A stretch of 64,000 nucleotides of DNA from Octopus vulgaris (GCA_951406725.2 OX597815.1:145514001-145578000); one strand, 5' to 3'; positions 38,949-55,655 are shown, numbered from the stretch's first letter. Numbers and translations: made by a program. Notes: generated by a model not told the origin, from the letters alone.

Positions 38949-38950
<2 letters not shown>
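38130..38950. mobile_element. Deu/Nin-like SINEs (38130-38330 minus, 38741-38950 plus) flanking a family A R4 3' end (38438-38650)
   Basis: Matches to copies elsewhere in the window. Confidence 0.75.
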
Positions 38951-39004
<54 letters not shown>

Positions 39005-39199
39005 TAATAATAATAATAATAATATGTCGGAGAAATTGGAATTGATATGTGGCCAGAGCAAGCTGAAAAAAAAACTGCTATATTGGGGGCAACTAGGATT
39101 TTGGGATTGAGCGTCTTCCACGATTAGTTAACATCCTAGTACAAAAGCTTATAATTTGCGAAAAGAGACTCCGAGTGAAGGTCTTTCGCACGGCAAGTG

Positions 39200-39553
39200 T
39201 TTCGCTGCGCAACAGAATAGGTCTGGTCGTTGCTCAAATACTGCAAGAAAGAGTAGGAGAAAATGGACTCCAAACGACAATAGAACCTTAATGGAATGCT
39301 ACCATAGAGGCCAGCCAACCAAAAGAGGATACAGAAGAAAATACATGAAATTTGGATAGAGAATGATCTTAACACAATACCGAAAATGCTACCCAAAAGA
39401 CTAAAAGAGACTAAAATTTAAAACTCGCATTGTTGACCAGCAGAAGAGTTCTACTATATATTCAGCAAGAATCACAAAAGAGACTCTTGAAATTTGAGGA
39501 GACTTGTTGTCATCAAACCTCATGATAACATCCCTGCTAAATGAATTAGCCTT

Positions 39554-39619
<66 letters not shown>

Positions 39620-40530
39620 CACTACTACTACTACCACTACTACTACTACTACTACTTGGGCTGTAAATGTGGTACGCTACTGCGCAGGAGTTGCGGAATG
39701 GACAAAGGAAGAACTTGTCAACATGGACGGAAAAACTAGGAAGATAAATGGCTATGGATGGATGCCTTCATGATAGAAGTAATGTAACAAGGCCTTATTT
39801 ATTTCGGAAGGAAGACGGAAAAGGATTGGTTGGAGTAGGGTGTTATGAAGGAGATCAAGTCCTTGTATGCGTAAGGGAGGAAGATTGATGAAATAATTTT
39901 ACAGATTGCACTGTGAGAGAAGGTGATCAGTGACCCTAGAGAGACCCACCGGCTATACAATATAAGGACTAAGAAAGAAATGATCATTGACCGGAAACAG
40001 AAAGTTTTACACAGAGAGTTTTGTCCGGCAAACATCGGATGAAGCTGATGAAAAATCCACAGTTAAGAAATGTTTATTTTTAAAAAAAGAAGACAGAAAA
40101 ATTGATTCTTGCTGCAAAAGAACAAGCTTTGCGAACCAACTCAATCAAGTTTACCATTGATAAGCCAGCAATATCACCTTTGTGAAGATTATGTGAAAAA
40201 TCATCTGAGACAGATATATAATTAGTGGAGGATGAAAACTGGCTGTAAAGGTATACAAAAAGCCATAGCAAAGTCGCTGTGCGAATGCATTGGGAGTTGT
40301 GTCATGAGCATCAACCTTTACCAAGAGCAGAGAATGACCAGGTAAAACTCACATGGAATATTTCAATCTACATAAATAAGAAGCTGCAAAATAACCGACC
40401 AGATATCGTTCTCTTACAGAAGGAGTCCAAAGAATGAACCTTCATCGATGTAGCTATAGCTGCAGATCAGAATATTGGAAAGACGCAGGTCGAAAAAGTC
40501 GGACGCATCCATAAAACCTGAGAAATGAAT
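39200..40530 (+). mobile_element. Decayed R4/Dong-like element (N-terminal motif, post-RT region, CCHC, RLE)
   Basis: RRKWTPNDNRTLMECY; WAVNVVRYCAGVAEWTKEEL; ETEKLILAAKEQALRTN; NNRPDIVL..FIDVA. Confidence 0.7.
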
Positions 40531-40892
40531 GTGATGCTTATTGCAGTCTCAGACAGAGAAATATTCTCGCATCAAAGGTTGCAAATACCAAACTTCATTG
40601 GAAGTACTGAGAAAAGTGTTGCGTCTGTAAGCTGCCGGATGGAGCCGAAACATAACGTAGATAAGTCATGTGCAAAATCAAAAAATACATGGCAACCTAG
40701 GCATAATACACACTTGAACTTCTAACTTGTTGCCTCTTGATGTCTCTGGGTGAGACTTGGAGTCAATTTGTGCAAATACAAAGCAAAAGTCAAACATAAT
40801 ACAACAACAACAACAACAATAATAATGTAGTCAATGAAGAGAGTAGACGTGATATCAGTAGTAATTGGTGCACTTGGTAGTATCAGCACGCA

Positions 40893-41230
40893 ACTACCAA
40901 CATGGCTGAATGCCCAGCTGATAACAAGGTATGCGATAAAGATAGAAAAGTCGAGAAATATGGCAGGTTAGCTTGGGAAGTTAAGCAGTTGTTGTCGATG
41001 AAAAAGGTAGCAGTAGTACCAATAATTGTCGGAGTCCTGAGAACAGTGAACAAAAATCTCGAAGTAAGTGGAACAAATAGGAGCTGCAATAAGCACTTGC
41101 AGAAAACAGAACTGCTTGGAACCGCTCGAATACTCCGGAAAGTGCTCGAAAAATAAGAGGTGTTACCTTAGTTCACTGGTAGTGAACAGCCGACACTGTA
41201 GTACATCTCCATATAAGCTGTGCAAAGGCA
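40893..41230 (+). mobile_element. R4/Dong-like LINE 3' end (family D)
   Basis: CPADNKVCDKDRKVEKYGRLAWEVKQL..VVPIIVG..LQKTELLGTARILRKVLE + (TAA)n. Confidence 0.8.
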
Positions 41231-41254
41231 ATAATAATAATGATAATAATAATG

Positions 41255-41324
<70 letters not shown>

Positions 41325-41466
41325 TGATGATAATCCTCTCCCCTAAAGGTACACGGCCTGAAATTTTTGGGGAGGGGACTAGTCGATTACATCGATCCCA
41401 GTGTTTCACTGCTACTTAAATTATCGACCCCGAAAGGATGAAAGGCAAAGTCGACCTCGATGGCAT

Positions 41467-41983
41467 TGGCTCTCATGGCTTCTCATCTAAACTGATTGGA
41501 AGTGTTAGCATGTACATGTTTTGTCTTGGTATAAAAGATGGGTTACAACAAATATTCTGCTCAATACCACGGATTTATTTGTCACTTGCTTGATCTTAAC
41601 CAGTTGAGCATGTCTCTTGGTGGCTGACAATATGTGCATCTCTGATCATGAGCAGAAGTAGTGGGGCAGCATCATTGCCAAGTGTTGAGAGGAATTCTTT
41701 GAGGGTTTGAATAATTCATCCTTGGAAATATGGGTGTTTCGTTTGTCCATCCTTAAATAACCGTTATTCAGAGACCTTTTGAGTAAGATGGGCTCCTCGA
41801 CCTGATGTAAAAATTCTAACTGGGCTCTACCTGCAAGGTAATGCACCCTTTACCTAAGATGAGATCACCATGTCGCTCACAGATGGTTGTGATGTGTGTG
41901 GCATACTCTTATTAGACGGGTAGTCATGATAAGTATATTTGTACCCCAGTGTTACTTTGATGGCATGCACTGCTCTCTCACTC
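41467..41983 (+). mobile_element. About 570 bp non-coding repeat, copy 3
   Basis: Homologous to 19161-19731, with small deletions. Confidence 0.85.
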
Positions 41984-42789
41984 AATGATAATAATGGTGA
42001 AATTACTCTGTGCGGGTTAGTTTTCAAAAACTTGTACTTTATGCTAGTTTCGTGAATTACAGGCAGTAAATAGGCGTTATAAACATACTCTAGGTAATAT
42101 TTTAAAGAATGAGAAAACAATAATATCCTGAAATCCACGCAGAGAGATCACGGATAATCGTTCAGGTAGTCGTATCGAGAACTATACAAAGAAATAAAAG
42201 AAAGTAGCTCACCAATTAGATGTTAATGTGTCTGTATTGTATTTGAATCTGTTAGAGAACTGGTGACATTATCCATATGTAAAGATCGTGAAAAAGAGAT
42301 AACCAGTAGGTACGATATATATATAAAAATGCAAAAAAAAAATCCTGATAGCAATAAGTAATAACTTACAGATAATTAAAGTAGAGAGCCTACGCATGTA
42401 CGAAACCCACAGAATATAGTAGTACAAGTATGGTTTGCACGCACATAATACGTAGAATACTTTTAATAGAACCCTAAGCACACACATACACATTAAAAGT
42501 ATACATATACACAAACACATTAAAAAAGAGAAAGAGAAAACGCACTCAACACCAGAGCTGAAGACATCCCCGAAAGAGGGGTGGCTGCCACGTTGAAAAC
42601 GGTAGACGAGTAGAGACCGAAACCGGACGTAGTTCCTCCTAATGACGTCTTTAGCCTCTGGATCCTATAAAGGAGCTGTTGAGGTAGCGAACCACGAAGA
42701 GTGTTTGGAATTACATATAATTCTCATAACATACATACGAAAATAAAAATAAAAACATGACTACCGAAAACTAAAATAACAACAACAAT

Positions 42790-43230
42790 AATCCTTTCCG
42801 CTATAGACACAAGGCCTGAATTTCTTTTGGGGGAGGGGGCCAGTCGATTAGATCGATCCCAGTACGTAACTGGTACTTAATTTATCGACCCTGAAACAAT
42901 AAAAGCAAAGTCGACCTCGGCGAAATTTGAACTCAGAACGTAGCAACAGACGAAATATCGCTAAGCATTTCGCCCGGCGTTCTAACGATTCTGCCATTCC
43001 CCTTCTTGTCAACGACATAAATAATGGCACCGAATATTAACCAATGCTAGGGAGAATGGGTTAGCTGAGTACATCGACCGCAGTACTTGATTTCTTGTTT
43101 TATTTTATCAATTCCCTTATCATGGAAGGTAAAGTTAACTTCGGCGGAATTTGAACTCAAAACGCAGGGAAGTAAGAAATGCCGTTAAACATTTCGTCCA
43201 ATGTGCTAACCATTCTGCCAGCTCACCGCA
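42790..43230 (-). mobile_element. Deu/Nin-like SINE copies
   Basis: AAAGTCGACCTCGGCGAAATTTGAACTCAGAACGTA motif, present twice. Confidence 0.75.
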
Positions 43231-43279
43231 GTAATAATAATGATAACAATAAAATGATGATGATGATGATGATGAGGAA

Positions 43280-43394
<115 letters not shown>

Positions 43395-43693
43395 GTGATT
43401 TATTTATTGGTCACAAGGGCAGCAGCAGATGAGGGACGTCACATGACGAATACACAAAAGAGTATTGTAAATAATTATTCATTTTATTTTTAAATCGCAT
43501 CAAACCACCTTTTCCTAAGTCAACAAACCATTTCCTAAGTCAACAAACCATTTCCAACTACGATATGAGTAAGTCCCTTCTCTCTTCCTCCTCCTCATCA
43601 CCAGCATCATCAACATCATCAAAATCCTCATCATTGTCACTTTCACAGTATTTTTGTTTGTTTTTATGTTTCATCGCATGGCAGTTGGTAACA

Positions 43694-43731
<38 letters not shown>

Positions 43732-44461
43732 ACACAAATTCTCTTTCTCTCTCAGCTTTTCTCTTTCAACCACAAATGCTCATACACACATGAACATTAT
43801 TTTATAAAAAAAGGTTTTCTTTTTATGAATTTTCTTCTCAGGAGGTTACAGGAGGAAAGACAGTGCCCACCGCCTTCTCGAAGGGACTCCAACACTGCTA
43901 AGTTATCGTCAGCCCAGAGAACTAGCTCAAATGACTGCAACAGTATATACTTCACAAAACGCACCTAAAGACGAGATTGTGGCGGTGTTAAACCGAGGTG
44001 GCTGACACGTTGAGTGTTCAGGTTTGTATATGGATAATAATCTTCTGCAATCACTTAAATATCTGCTTCCGTCTCGAAACTTTCCAATCAAAAAACATGA
44101 AAGAATGGAACAAAAGTTGATAAAAGAAAAATCAAAATGGTAAATACAAATATTTTAGCTTTGATAGCTTCACCATTATTTTTTTTTTATTAATTATCTT
44201 TTATTAAAGAAAATTCTTGTGAACTTATAATTTTTATATTTCAACAATTTTGGAAGATCCGAGTTATAGGGTCATGTTTAACAGAAAGAATGGGAAAAAA
44301 TGAATCAATATCTATTAAAAGAGGAAAAGAAGACTGATGGAAACCAATTAATAGAGACAGATATTATTGTTGCATTTTTTGATATTTTAAAAGATTGAGA
44401 TAACTTATTTTGTCTAGTACCAACCTTCAAAGCATTCATCGTCTCACACTAGCTGTTAATC

Positions 44462-44462
<1 letters not shown>

Positions 44463-44492
<30 letters not shown>

Positions 44493-44640
44493 TGTATGTA
44501 TGTATGTATGTATGTATGTATGTATGTATGTATGTATGTATGTATGTATGCATGTATGTATGTATGTATGTATGTATGTATGTATGTATGTATGTATGTA
44601 TGTATGTATGTATGTATGTATGTATGTATGTATGTATGTG
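44463..44640 (+). repeat. (TATG)n microsatellite
   Basis: Directly visible. Confidence 0.95.
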
Positions 44641-44923
44641 TGTGTGTGTATGTAAGTATGTACGTATGTATGTATACATGCATGTATGTATGTGTGTGAG
44701 TTTCTGCTAGCGCATGTGTATGCGTATATTCGTATGTATATGAATATACACATTTATATATGTATATATGCACGTGTATTTATATTATATATACGGTCAT
44801 ATGTATACATATATTTGGACATCTACATTGCTCTGTGTAAATGCATATATATATATATATATCATCACATATATACACACGAAGATGTATAGATACATAT
44901 GTAAATGACATACACACATACAA

Positions 44924-44964
<41 letters not shown>

Positions 44965-45091
44965 AACAAATGTATATATGTATGAATATATGTATCAAAT
45001 ATAAGCATGTACAGACAGCTATATTTTTGTACATATATATACATGTATATATATAAATGTATAAATGCATAAATATATATGCGTATATATA

Positions 45092-45151
<60 letters not shown>

Positions 45152-45333
45152 CACATACATACGATTGCATCCACATATGTACACACGCATGCATGTATTA
45201 AATTTTTGAATCAAAGATCAAGATAATCAGAAATCCAAAGTAGATTATATGTTACAGTGGTAAAGTTAGTTGTATGTTACAGATATCATGTTTTAGCAAA
45301 ATTTCCCTCGCTTAAATACACACGCACACATAC

Positions 45334-45409
<76 letters not shown>

Positions 45410-45415
45410 GAATTA

Positions 45416-45633
45416 CAGTTCTATATTTGAGAGATGACGAATTATGTACGTTATTTATATTATTTACATTTGACGAATATTTGTCTTCATCTTGTTTGTT
45501 GTTAACACAATGAAAACCGAGGCTCGAAATTCTCCCACCACACCCGAGGAAGGCTGGAGAGTCCATCAGACTGTGTTAACAACATACAAGGTGAGGACAA
45601 ATACCCGTCAAATGTAAATAATGTAAATAATGT
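45416..45633. mobile_element. Collapsed inverted pair of the HHR-arm family
   Basis: TTTACATTTGACG..TTGTTAACACA and TGTGTTAACAA..CGTCAAATGTAAATAATG inverted ends; the centre keeps a decayed CCGAGGAAGGCTGG..CAG core. Confidence 0.75.
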
Positions 45634-45790
45634 GTTAGAAAGGAGGAATGAACAAGTCAGAATTGTCCATTATTAGGTGACTACAACACTACCTTTTTAT
45701 GGTTGCAGCTCAAACCGGAGTTCTAGTGGTAAAACAAATACGCGCATTTTTGTACATACCTATTACGTTACGTCATTAGCCCCGGAATTA

Positions 45791-45863
<73 letters not shown>

Positions 45864-46260
45864 AAGGGCATTACTACACGTAATTAACTCACGCTATGAG
45901 GCAATCTTAAAGTTAACACTACCATAATAATTATACAGTGTACCGACAGCGAGGGAATGCAACCTGTAAACCAACCCTTAAAAATAGATTCAGCCGCTTA
46001 TAAGGTTTTCCCTTATAAGGTTTTCACGCTGACTGCTTGATAAATTCTTATAAAGGTTTTATCCTATGTTTAAGTTATATATATATATATATACATATAT
46101 ATGTATATATGCGTGTATGTGTGTGTGTATTCTGTCATACACATATACATAGATAAGCTTGTGTATCAGTGAAAGTGGAAGTCTTTGCTAAACTATAAAA
46201 AACTATAAAATACAATACATACATGTATGTATGCTTATGTACATAAATGCATACATACAT

Positions 46261-46306
<46 letters not shown>

Positions 46307-47106
46307 TATACATGAATGCATATCTACATATATATATATGTCTGTACAAATGTATACATTTGTACGTGTCTATATATACATATGTTTATGAGAGCGTGTG
46401 TTTGTTTGTATGTTTGTATATAGTAGCGAGTATTTACTGTCGGATCCATATGGTGAAAACTTTGATGTGGCTTGCCTTTCCTGGCACACCTGATTGTAGT
46501 ATATAAAATGCGGTAAACTTTGAACGGAATTGTATTTTCGCAAAATATCTCTCTTCCTCACAGCGATTCTTATAAAACCTATCACTTTTCTAAATGTAAT
46601 GTTTGAAAATCGAGAAATGAAGATGTCACGTAAACATTTTATTGAAAATAAAATTCTGGACAGAGTACCAAGGTTTAGAAATGGTTCGAGAAATTCCAGT
46701 ACTCATAAGGTACTTTATAAAATTTCACATTTTGCCACAAATCTTGGCAAATTCAAACAACTCACTTTCAACCTGCCGACACAGGAACAAATTCCTAATC
46801 AGGAAAACTGAGAAGGAAGATCCTTAATTATGCACATGATATGATGATTAACATTTAATGTTATGAGCCATGTGACCAACTAATAATGTCGGATATCGTT
46901 CTGAATTTCCAGCTGTCATGTTTTATTATATTCAATACCACTGAAAGGACTTAACAAAGTTTTTGCTAATGGGCTTGAACTCCTTCTTAGCACATGTGCC
47001 TACTTTCGTCCGTTTATAACTCTCGAAGCTCTTCTAGGGTGTATGTGGCAGTTATGATGATTTAAGAAATATATGTGCCTGTTTGTGTATGTATGTGTGT
47101 GTGTTG

Positions 47107-47145
<39 letters not shown>

Positions 47146-47311
47146 TTGTATGTACATGTGCGTGTGTATAAAAGGAAGTTGACAATAACTACAAGGTTTC
47201 GGCTGGTGGCCTTCGTTAAACTTTCGAAAGATAGCCTCATGAAAGGAGCTTAACTTACTGTCAAATATAATGCTCTAATTAAAGGTGTTGAGCAACTCTA
47301 ATAAAGTTAGA

Positions 47312-47423
<112 letters not shown>

Positions 47424-47477
47424 GATATATATATGTATATATATATGTATATATGTATATATGTATTTATATTATAT

Positions 47478-47534
<57 letters not shown>

Positions 47535-47858
47535 TTTAAATAATAACTTTAATTATATATTATTTTTATAATAATTATGCTGCATTTAAAGCAACTAAAC
47601 TTAATCAATTGACTGAAAAAAATATGGGCCGAACCACTGGGAATTGAAAACGACTTATATTCGTATATATCTATGTACCAATATACGTAAATCTGTTTGT
47701 ATACACACATATATACGAGTATATGTACGTATGTGTGTGTTTGTGTGTATATATATACATACATACATATGCATAAAACAAACATTAATGTATACATAAA
47801 TACACAGACACTCGTATATATATATCCATATATATGCGTGCATATTTATGATTCCATA

Positions 47859-47935
<77 letters not shown>

Positions 47936-48022
47936 GTATGCATTTGGTTACTTAAATCTGTGTGTATGGGCGAATACATCAGTATATATTTGTCATTTTA
48001 CTTGCGTTGCTGTCATTATTAA

Positions 48023-48062
<40 letters not shown>

Positions 48063-48616
48063 GTTGTTGTTGTTGTTGTTGTTGTTATTTTTGTTTTTGT
48101 TGTTGTTGATGATATTGTTGCTCTGCGCATATTCTCTCACCCACAATGTCTTTTAATTATCAGGAAAGAATGGTACTCTATTCCCTCCAAGCCTTTTCTA
48201 ATTGTAAATGAGGAAGAATCGGTTATGTTTTTTTACCGTTTTCGTCACTGTCAGAATATGAAAAGAATTGTGAGCGAAAGTGATTTGAGTCTCACTTGAT
48301 CTGTACACGAACAGCAAAAACACACACAACCATATTAATAAGAGTGACTTTATATAGGTCTTCGTATATGAATGTATATAATTTTTTATTGAATAATCCA
48401 TTTGATTGCACACATCTCCGCTTTTTCCTGTCTGTGTACATGTATTTGATTCGATGCTAGTTGATGTACGATCACTGTTAGAAGGCGGGAAAATCTGACA
48501 AAATTAACGATCACCAGAAATTGTCGTATCGCTTGTAGCACAAATCATGACCCTAAAGTTGAATTAGCAGTGAACATTGTATGGATGAGTGGATTTGATT
48601 TTGCACATAGTTCAAG

Positions 48617-48711
<95 letters not shown>

Positions 48712-49118
48712 CAAGTATGCATGTATGTAAGAAGACAACATGAAAATGAAGAGATATTTATGATCTTATATAGTATAGAATTCGCAGTATGGCGCCAGTT
48801 ATAAACTGACTGCACAATTTACGACATGAAATTGTCCTCAGCTTACTTCAGTAACAAGGACACACACACATACACACACACATGCACACACACACACAAA
48901 CACAGAAACGCATACACACACGCACGATTTAACCATTTCAAGATGCTTTGATGTGCGGAATCTTTTCATAATCACGGACAGTCAAGCATTCTACATGTTT
49001 ATTCGTCGTAGAAAAGTTCATGTTACCGTTCCAGTATCCAGAAGTTTTGTCAAGTTCGGAATCTCGGCGTAGATTAAGGATTTCAGCTTGTACTGATAAG
49101 ATTACTCTGCAGTTTTCA

Positions 49119-49162
<44 letters not shown>

Positions 49163-49524
49163 TTGTTTAAGTGAGTGTGTGCATTATACATATACACGGA
49201 CAAATATATATGATATGGATATATAATATATATAACCTGCATATAATATACAATATGCATAAAAACACAACATATATTGCACATATACAAATACAAATAA
49301 GTAAATATAAATATATATAAATGTATATATGTATATATATATATATAGAAATATGTGTGTATGCATATTCATATGTATATAAACATACATACACATACAT
49401 GCATATATATGTATATCACACACACACACACAAATATATATTCACATATATGTACATATATGTATATGCATATACATATATATATGTATATATATATACA
49501 TATATATGTATTTTCATATATATT

Positions 49525-49598
<74 letters not shown>

Positions 49599-50253
49599 TA
49601 CATATTGCATTGTTATACTTTCGCAATATAAAAGGTGCAGAATAGTTCGTTAAGGCTTCTAAGTATAATGTAATATAGTATGGCTTCTTTTACGGGATTG
49701 AACCATGGTTTGGCGTCCTCTTGTATTAATGCCCTTAAGCTGATTTGTTACATAGCTCCATGGCCATACATGTACGGAAAAGACCAATGAAATATGATGT
49801 TAATGTATTTTTTGAAATGAGAACCGGCTCAGCCTATGCCGAACCGAACTTTTTGTTTGCCTGAATCACAGTTTTCTCTAGCGTGTTGCAAGCTGTTCTT
49901 TTATATGTGTAATCATGACAATTCATTCTAAAGCTAGAATTATTGAAGAAGTTATAAAAAATGTATTAGTGGTCGATGGTAGTCTTGTAAATTATTCGGA
50001 TTTTCTTTGTCTAGTACTCTGAGATATGGTTTTCAATATTAGTGTAATAATGGAATAACATTTTCAGGAAACACCACCAAACCGTATTAAGACGAAAAAC
50101 TTTAAAATAATTACAGAATTACGAGCCCCTTATATTCAATGATACGATGAAATTTTCGTGTTGGGGAACCCTGAAGTTGCATTTTATTAATCCACTGCAT
50201 GCAAGAATACCTGTATTCTTGCATACATGCATACACACATGCATACATACATA

Positions 50254-50292
<39 letters not shown>

Positions 50293-50428
50293 CATTACAC
50301 ACATATACATATATACATATGTACATGCATATAAATATATATATATACATATATATACTTATACAAATGTACATGCATATATATGTACATATATACATAT
50401 ATATATTTACATACATATATATATATGC

Positions 50429-50460
<32 letters not shown>

Positions 50461-51921
50461 GCATATATATACATATATGCAAGCACATTTATATATATAT
50501 GTGTGTGTGTTTATGTAGTTATGTAACTCTAGTCGTATATATATGGCTTCAACTGTAGTCATATGTACATATGCTTAAGTGTATATATTCCTTAAGAGTA
50601 TATAATTATGTGTGTACTTGTATGAATTGTTTATATAATTCAGGTAGTTAATTATAAACCTCTTCACACTAATTTTACTCGATTTATGGTAATCCTTTAA
50701 TGCAGGGTTGGTATTATCACTTGGATTAGAATACAATATTTTATAGAAATGATAAACACGATGGCAACAAATAATGAAATTAGCAAGCATACATACTTAA
50801 CATAGAATATATATTGGAAAAAAAAAGAACAGAAATTTCACCTGGCCTAGAAATATTTAAATTGGGTATAAACGACATTTATATAGAGTATTTTTGACAC
50901 ACCAATCTTCCAAGCTATCATAATTGATAACTCGTTAGCTGTCGGCAATTTTGTATGCATTATCTCAATTTCTATTTTAGAGAGATTTTAAATCAATATA
51001 GAGGTATCTGATGACTAGTGAATGTAAACATTCAATGAACTGTGTTATAGTATTTTCTTAACAAAGTAATACTACTGACATACTCCGCCACCCACCTCAA
51101 CATGTCTTCTGCTGCAAAAGGCTTTCATCGTAGACATTGAAATCAAATTGTATGTAATCAGAAAGATTATCAAAATTTCGGCAGCATATAACAATTTAAT
51201 TTCATAGAATTATGTCTTCATAAATGGAATAAAAAGAGGGAAAAAAATGAAAAAGGAAAGAAAAACTTCGATAAATGGATCCTCCATTTTGTTATTTGTT
51301 TAGAAAACAGTCACCAGCTCCTCCTCCTGATGAAATAGTCGTTGCTATTTCTTATAGTTTTGGAACTTCAAAGTATGGTGTAACAATAAGAATGTGAAAG
51401 AAATAGGGAAGAAAAGATATTGTCTTCCTCGTTATTATTTTTCTTCTGTTATCATGAACTCTATTTTGTTGAATTTTTCGTCTTAAATGAGCTTTCAATT
51501 ATTTGCATTCAATTTTGGCTAGGTGGCTTATTCTGGAAAGAGGTCACCGTTTCGTTTAACGCTTTTGTTTATTCTGGGCTTCTTTGAATGAAAGACTGTA
51601 TTTAAGAATGGATGAAATATCGGCTCTTATCATTAGATTACTAATATCGTTAACATTATTTATATCTTTGGTCGATATGAATATTAAATAACATAACTGA
51701 TGATTTTAAATATTCAAATTATTCAGCTTATTTCGAGGTAGAAAGCTTTCTTTTCTTTCGCGTTTGGATATAAGTGAAAAGACCCAATGCAGATTAAAAT
51801 TTTCATATGAATATGAAGCTCTTTCATTGATGAATGGTAGTGCACGATACTGATTCTGCGATCTTTCTTTTCAATCACCCAGCTTTATTCGAATCTATAT
51901 AAATCCACACAAACACACACA

Positions 51922-51981
<60 letters not shown>

Positions 51982-53833
51982 AACACACACACACACACGC
52001 GCGCACACTCTCTCTCTATTTCTCACGTGCGCACGCACACTCAGACTTACTCCATACGCTCAAATATTCTCAGGTATATCTTCATAATAGTATATATTAA
52101 AAGAGAAAACTTCGAATGATTAGCTGGGTTTAAAAAATATGTAGGTTGTCCATATTTCTGATAAATTTAATGATCCAAGATTAAGTTCTTAGCATCGATT
52201 TGTTTGTAAAACTAAAAACTTACAGTAAAACTAAAAACAAATTGCAATAAACAACATGAGTTTTTCCCAACTTTTGAAATCATTAATAATGAAAATGATT
52301 TCAGATAATGAAGATTGTTAAACTGCACACATACTTTGGTGTTAGACAAAACTATTAATTTCGAAATTGTTCTAAATTATTATATATGATTATATATTTG
52401 TACGTGTTTCTTATAAATGGTGATAATATACTTTTTATTACTTTAAAAAAAGCTGACGATTTCATCTCAAATAACGCCAACGCTTTCCTTCAAGCTTCGA
52501 TTCCAACGCTATAAAATATTGCAGTGACTCTATGGTTAATTCTTTAAGATGACATTCGAGTATCGAAGAACGGAACTGTACTGAGTTGGTAGAAATATTA
52601 TGAGCCGCAAATTCGTAGCCTTACTAACCATAGCTAGCATGGTTAACATCGCTTTCGAATTCCCTATTCTATTAAATTAACAAAATATGAAATAAAAAAA
52701 TTATATGAAAAGAAATAAGTATTTTCTGTTTCTTAAATGTAATTAATTAATTAATCAATTAACAAATTAATTCCCGATTTAATTCTGAAAATCTATTCGT
52801 GGGTGATTTCCTTTTAATAAGAAATTGCTTCATTCAACCAGTCTTTCTGTCTGGCTCATTTTATGTATGTATGTATGCATGCATGTATGCATCTGTATGC
52901 ATGTTTTAATGTACGTTCGTATGCATGTATGTATGCATTCAGGAATCTATTTATGAAGGTATGCATGAAAGCGAGTATGTTTGTAAGTAATCATACATAT
53001 ACGTATGTATACATATATATGTGTATGCATGTATCTAAGCATGTGTGCATGCGTATATTCATGAAAGCTTGTATGTCTGAACGTAAGTACTTGTGTACGA
53101 ATACATGTATGTATGAATTTATGAATGCAGAAAATACGTCTGAACGTGTTTGTATGTGAGAGTACACATGTACATATTTTGAGTATATAAGCATATAGGT
53201 GTCTTAACATGTGCCTGCCAAATTACATTTTTCAGCTCAAGAAGTTATTATGGATAGATATGGATTAATAACGCAGTATATCATTGAAATCCTCCATGTT
53301 AGCAAAAAAATAATAAAAATAAAATCAATAAAATAAACAATCCAACAAATAATAAAAACCCAAAAAGATTAAAACAAAAACAACAAACAAACGAGAATAA
53401 ATTGATACGTTGATAGAATAAAGCTTGAGATAATATAATATGGAAATCAGATAATAATGTTTGGCGTATATATATATATATTATGTTATATATTATATAT
53501 ATTATAATGTCAACAACAATACATTCGAAAACTCAACCAATGTGAATATACATGCATACATACACATATGAACTTACATGCATACGTACATACATTAGTG
53601 GTGTTTATTTCCTTTAATGTACATATATGTATCATACATATATGTATTATACATATATGTAATATATATATATATATAACACACACATATGTATATATAT
53701 ATATATATTTATATACATATATATATATATATTATATATGTGTGTATATATATGCATATACATACACATATATATATATACTTATATAACTGTATATATT
53801 TTGATATTAATGTATATATACAAATACATATGC

Positions 53834-53866
<33 letters not shown>

Positions 53867-54082
53867 AATGTGTATATGTGTGTGTATGTAAAGCTTACAT
53901 ACGCAATTACATATAGATATCATAGATATACATTAGATGTGCATGCGTGAGAGTTTATAAACGATATAGGACATGATAAACCGTATAAGATTTGCATATG
54001 TATGTGTACGGCACTGTGGGCATAAATGATTATAACGTATGGTACTTTCTATAATTGCAAAACTTAAAACTGAAATATTGAA

Positions 54083-54113
54083 AAATAATAATAATAATAT
54101 TAACAACAATAAC

Positions 54114-54160
<47 letters not shown>

Positions 54161-54191
54161 AGATGATAATAATAATAATGATAATAATAAT

Positions 54192-54229
<38 letters not shown>

Positions 54230-54363
54230 CAATGATAATAATAATAAAGATAATGACAAAAATAATAATAATAATGATAATAATAATAATGATAATAATA
54301 ATAATAATAATGATAATAATAGTAATAATGACGATGATGATGATAATAATAATAATAATAATT

Positions 54364-54415
<52 letters not shown>

Positions 54416-54633
54416 TAATAATAATAATGATAATAATAATAATAATAATAATAATGATAATAATAATAATGATAATAATAATAATAATAATGACGATGAT
54501 AATAATAATAATGATAATGATAAAAATAATAATGATAATGATAAAAATAATAATAATGATAATAATAATAATAATAATAATGATAATAATAATAATTATA
54601 ATGGTAATAATGTAATAATAATAATAATAATGC

Positions 54634-54689
<56 letters not shown>

Positions 54690-54716
54690 TAATAATAATA
54701 ATGATAATTAATGATA
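54083..54716 (+). repeat. Long degenerate (TAA/TGA)n microsatellite
   Basis: Directly visible. Confidence 0.95.
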
Positions 54717-55083
54717 AGGAAAAAATAAATACTTGGCAACTTCACTCCAAAAGAAAAATAATAATGAACAAATAATATTCTTTGGAAACCAAAAACCAAA
54801 TGTAAAACGTCAAAATCAGCATAACAAGAAAAAGAAACAAACAAAAACAATCCAATGCTTATGTGTATATGTTCGAGTCCTATATACATTATTCATACAA
54901 CTGTTTGAAAGATATATTTTTTTCCATGGGACCTGAAATTATCAGTGGTATTTCATTTCGTCGTTCTTTTTAGAAACTATAGACTTTGAAAATTGTCTTT
55001 TTTTTTGTTTTATACCAATGTACATATATGCATATATGTATATGTATATAAAGATATATGTATATATATATATACACACACAT

Positions 55084-55126
<43 letters not shown>

Positions 55127-55655
55127 AGTGTATGTTTATATAAACATGTATACACACATATCTATATACTTAGTATATAAACACACACACATACATAAGT
55201 ATGTACAGAGATAAGCATATATATATATATATATATATATGTATACATATGTATATAGATATGCATACGTATGTATATAGATATGCATACGTATATAGAT
55301 ATATCAGTGCATATATGCATATCTATATGTATATATATTTGTTAATATATATGTATTTAGATATACATGTGTATATATAATACATGTATGTATATATATA
55401 TTTATATACATCAATGTATATGACTATATATATACACGTATCTATATGTATATTTATATACATCAATATATATATATATACATATATATATATAAATATC
55501 ATTATATATACATTATATACGTATGTCAATATATATGATATATATGTGTACATGTAATGCATATATGTATATATAAAAATATATATATGTTAATTATAAT
55601 ATTTGTGTATATATACATATACGTACATATGCATGTATGCATATATATATACATG

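Noticed and set aside
42558-42585. CTGAAGA-CATCCCC-GAAA as a hammerhead
   Set aside because: GAAA lies in a hairpin loop here, with no stem II between the two core halves.
49695-49745. CCATGG palindrome with HHR-like context on minus
   Set aside because: Both core halves are too degenerate to support a call.
50600-52850. Unique AT-rich stretch as possible exons
   Set aside because: No supported ORF or paired splice signals; may be 3' UTR or intergenic.
54039-54692. Poly-Asn/poly-Ile ORFs (also at 18.9, 21.6, 24.4 and 31.5 kb)
   Set aside because: Simple trinucleotide repeats.
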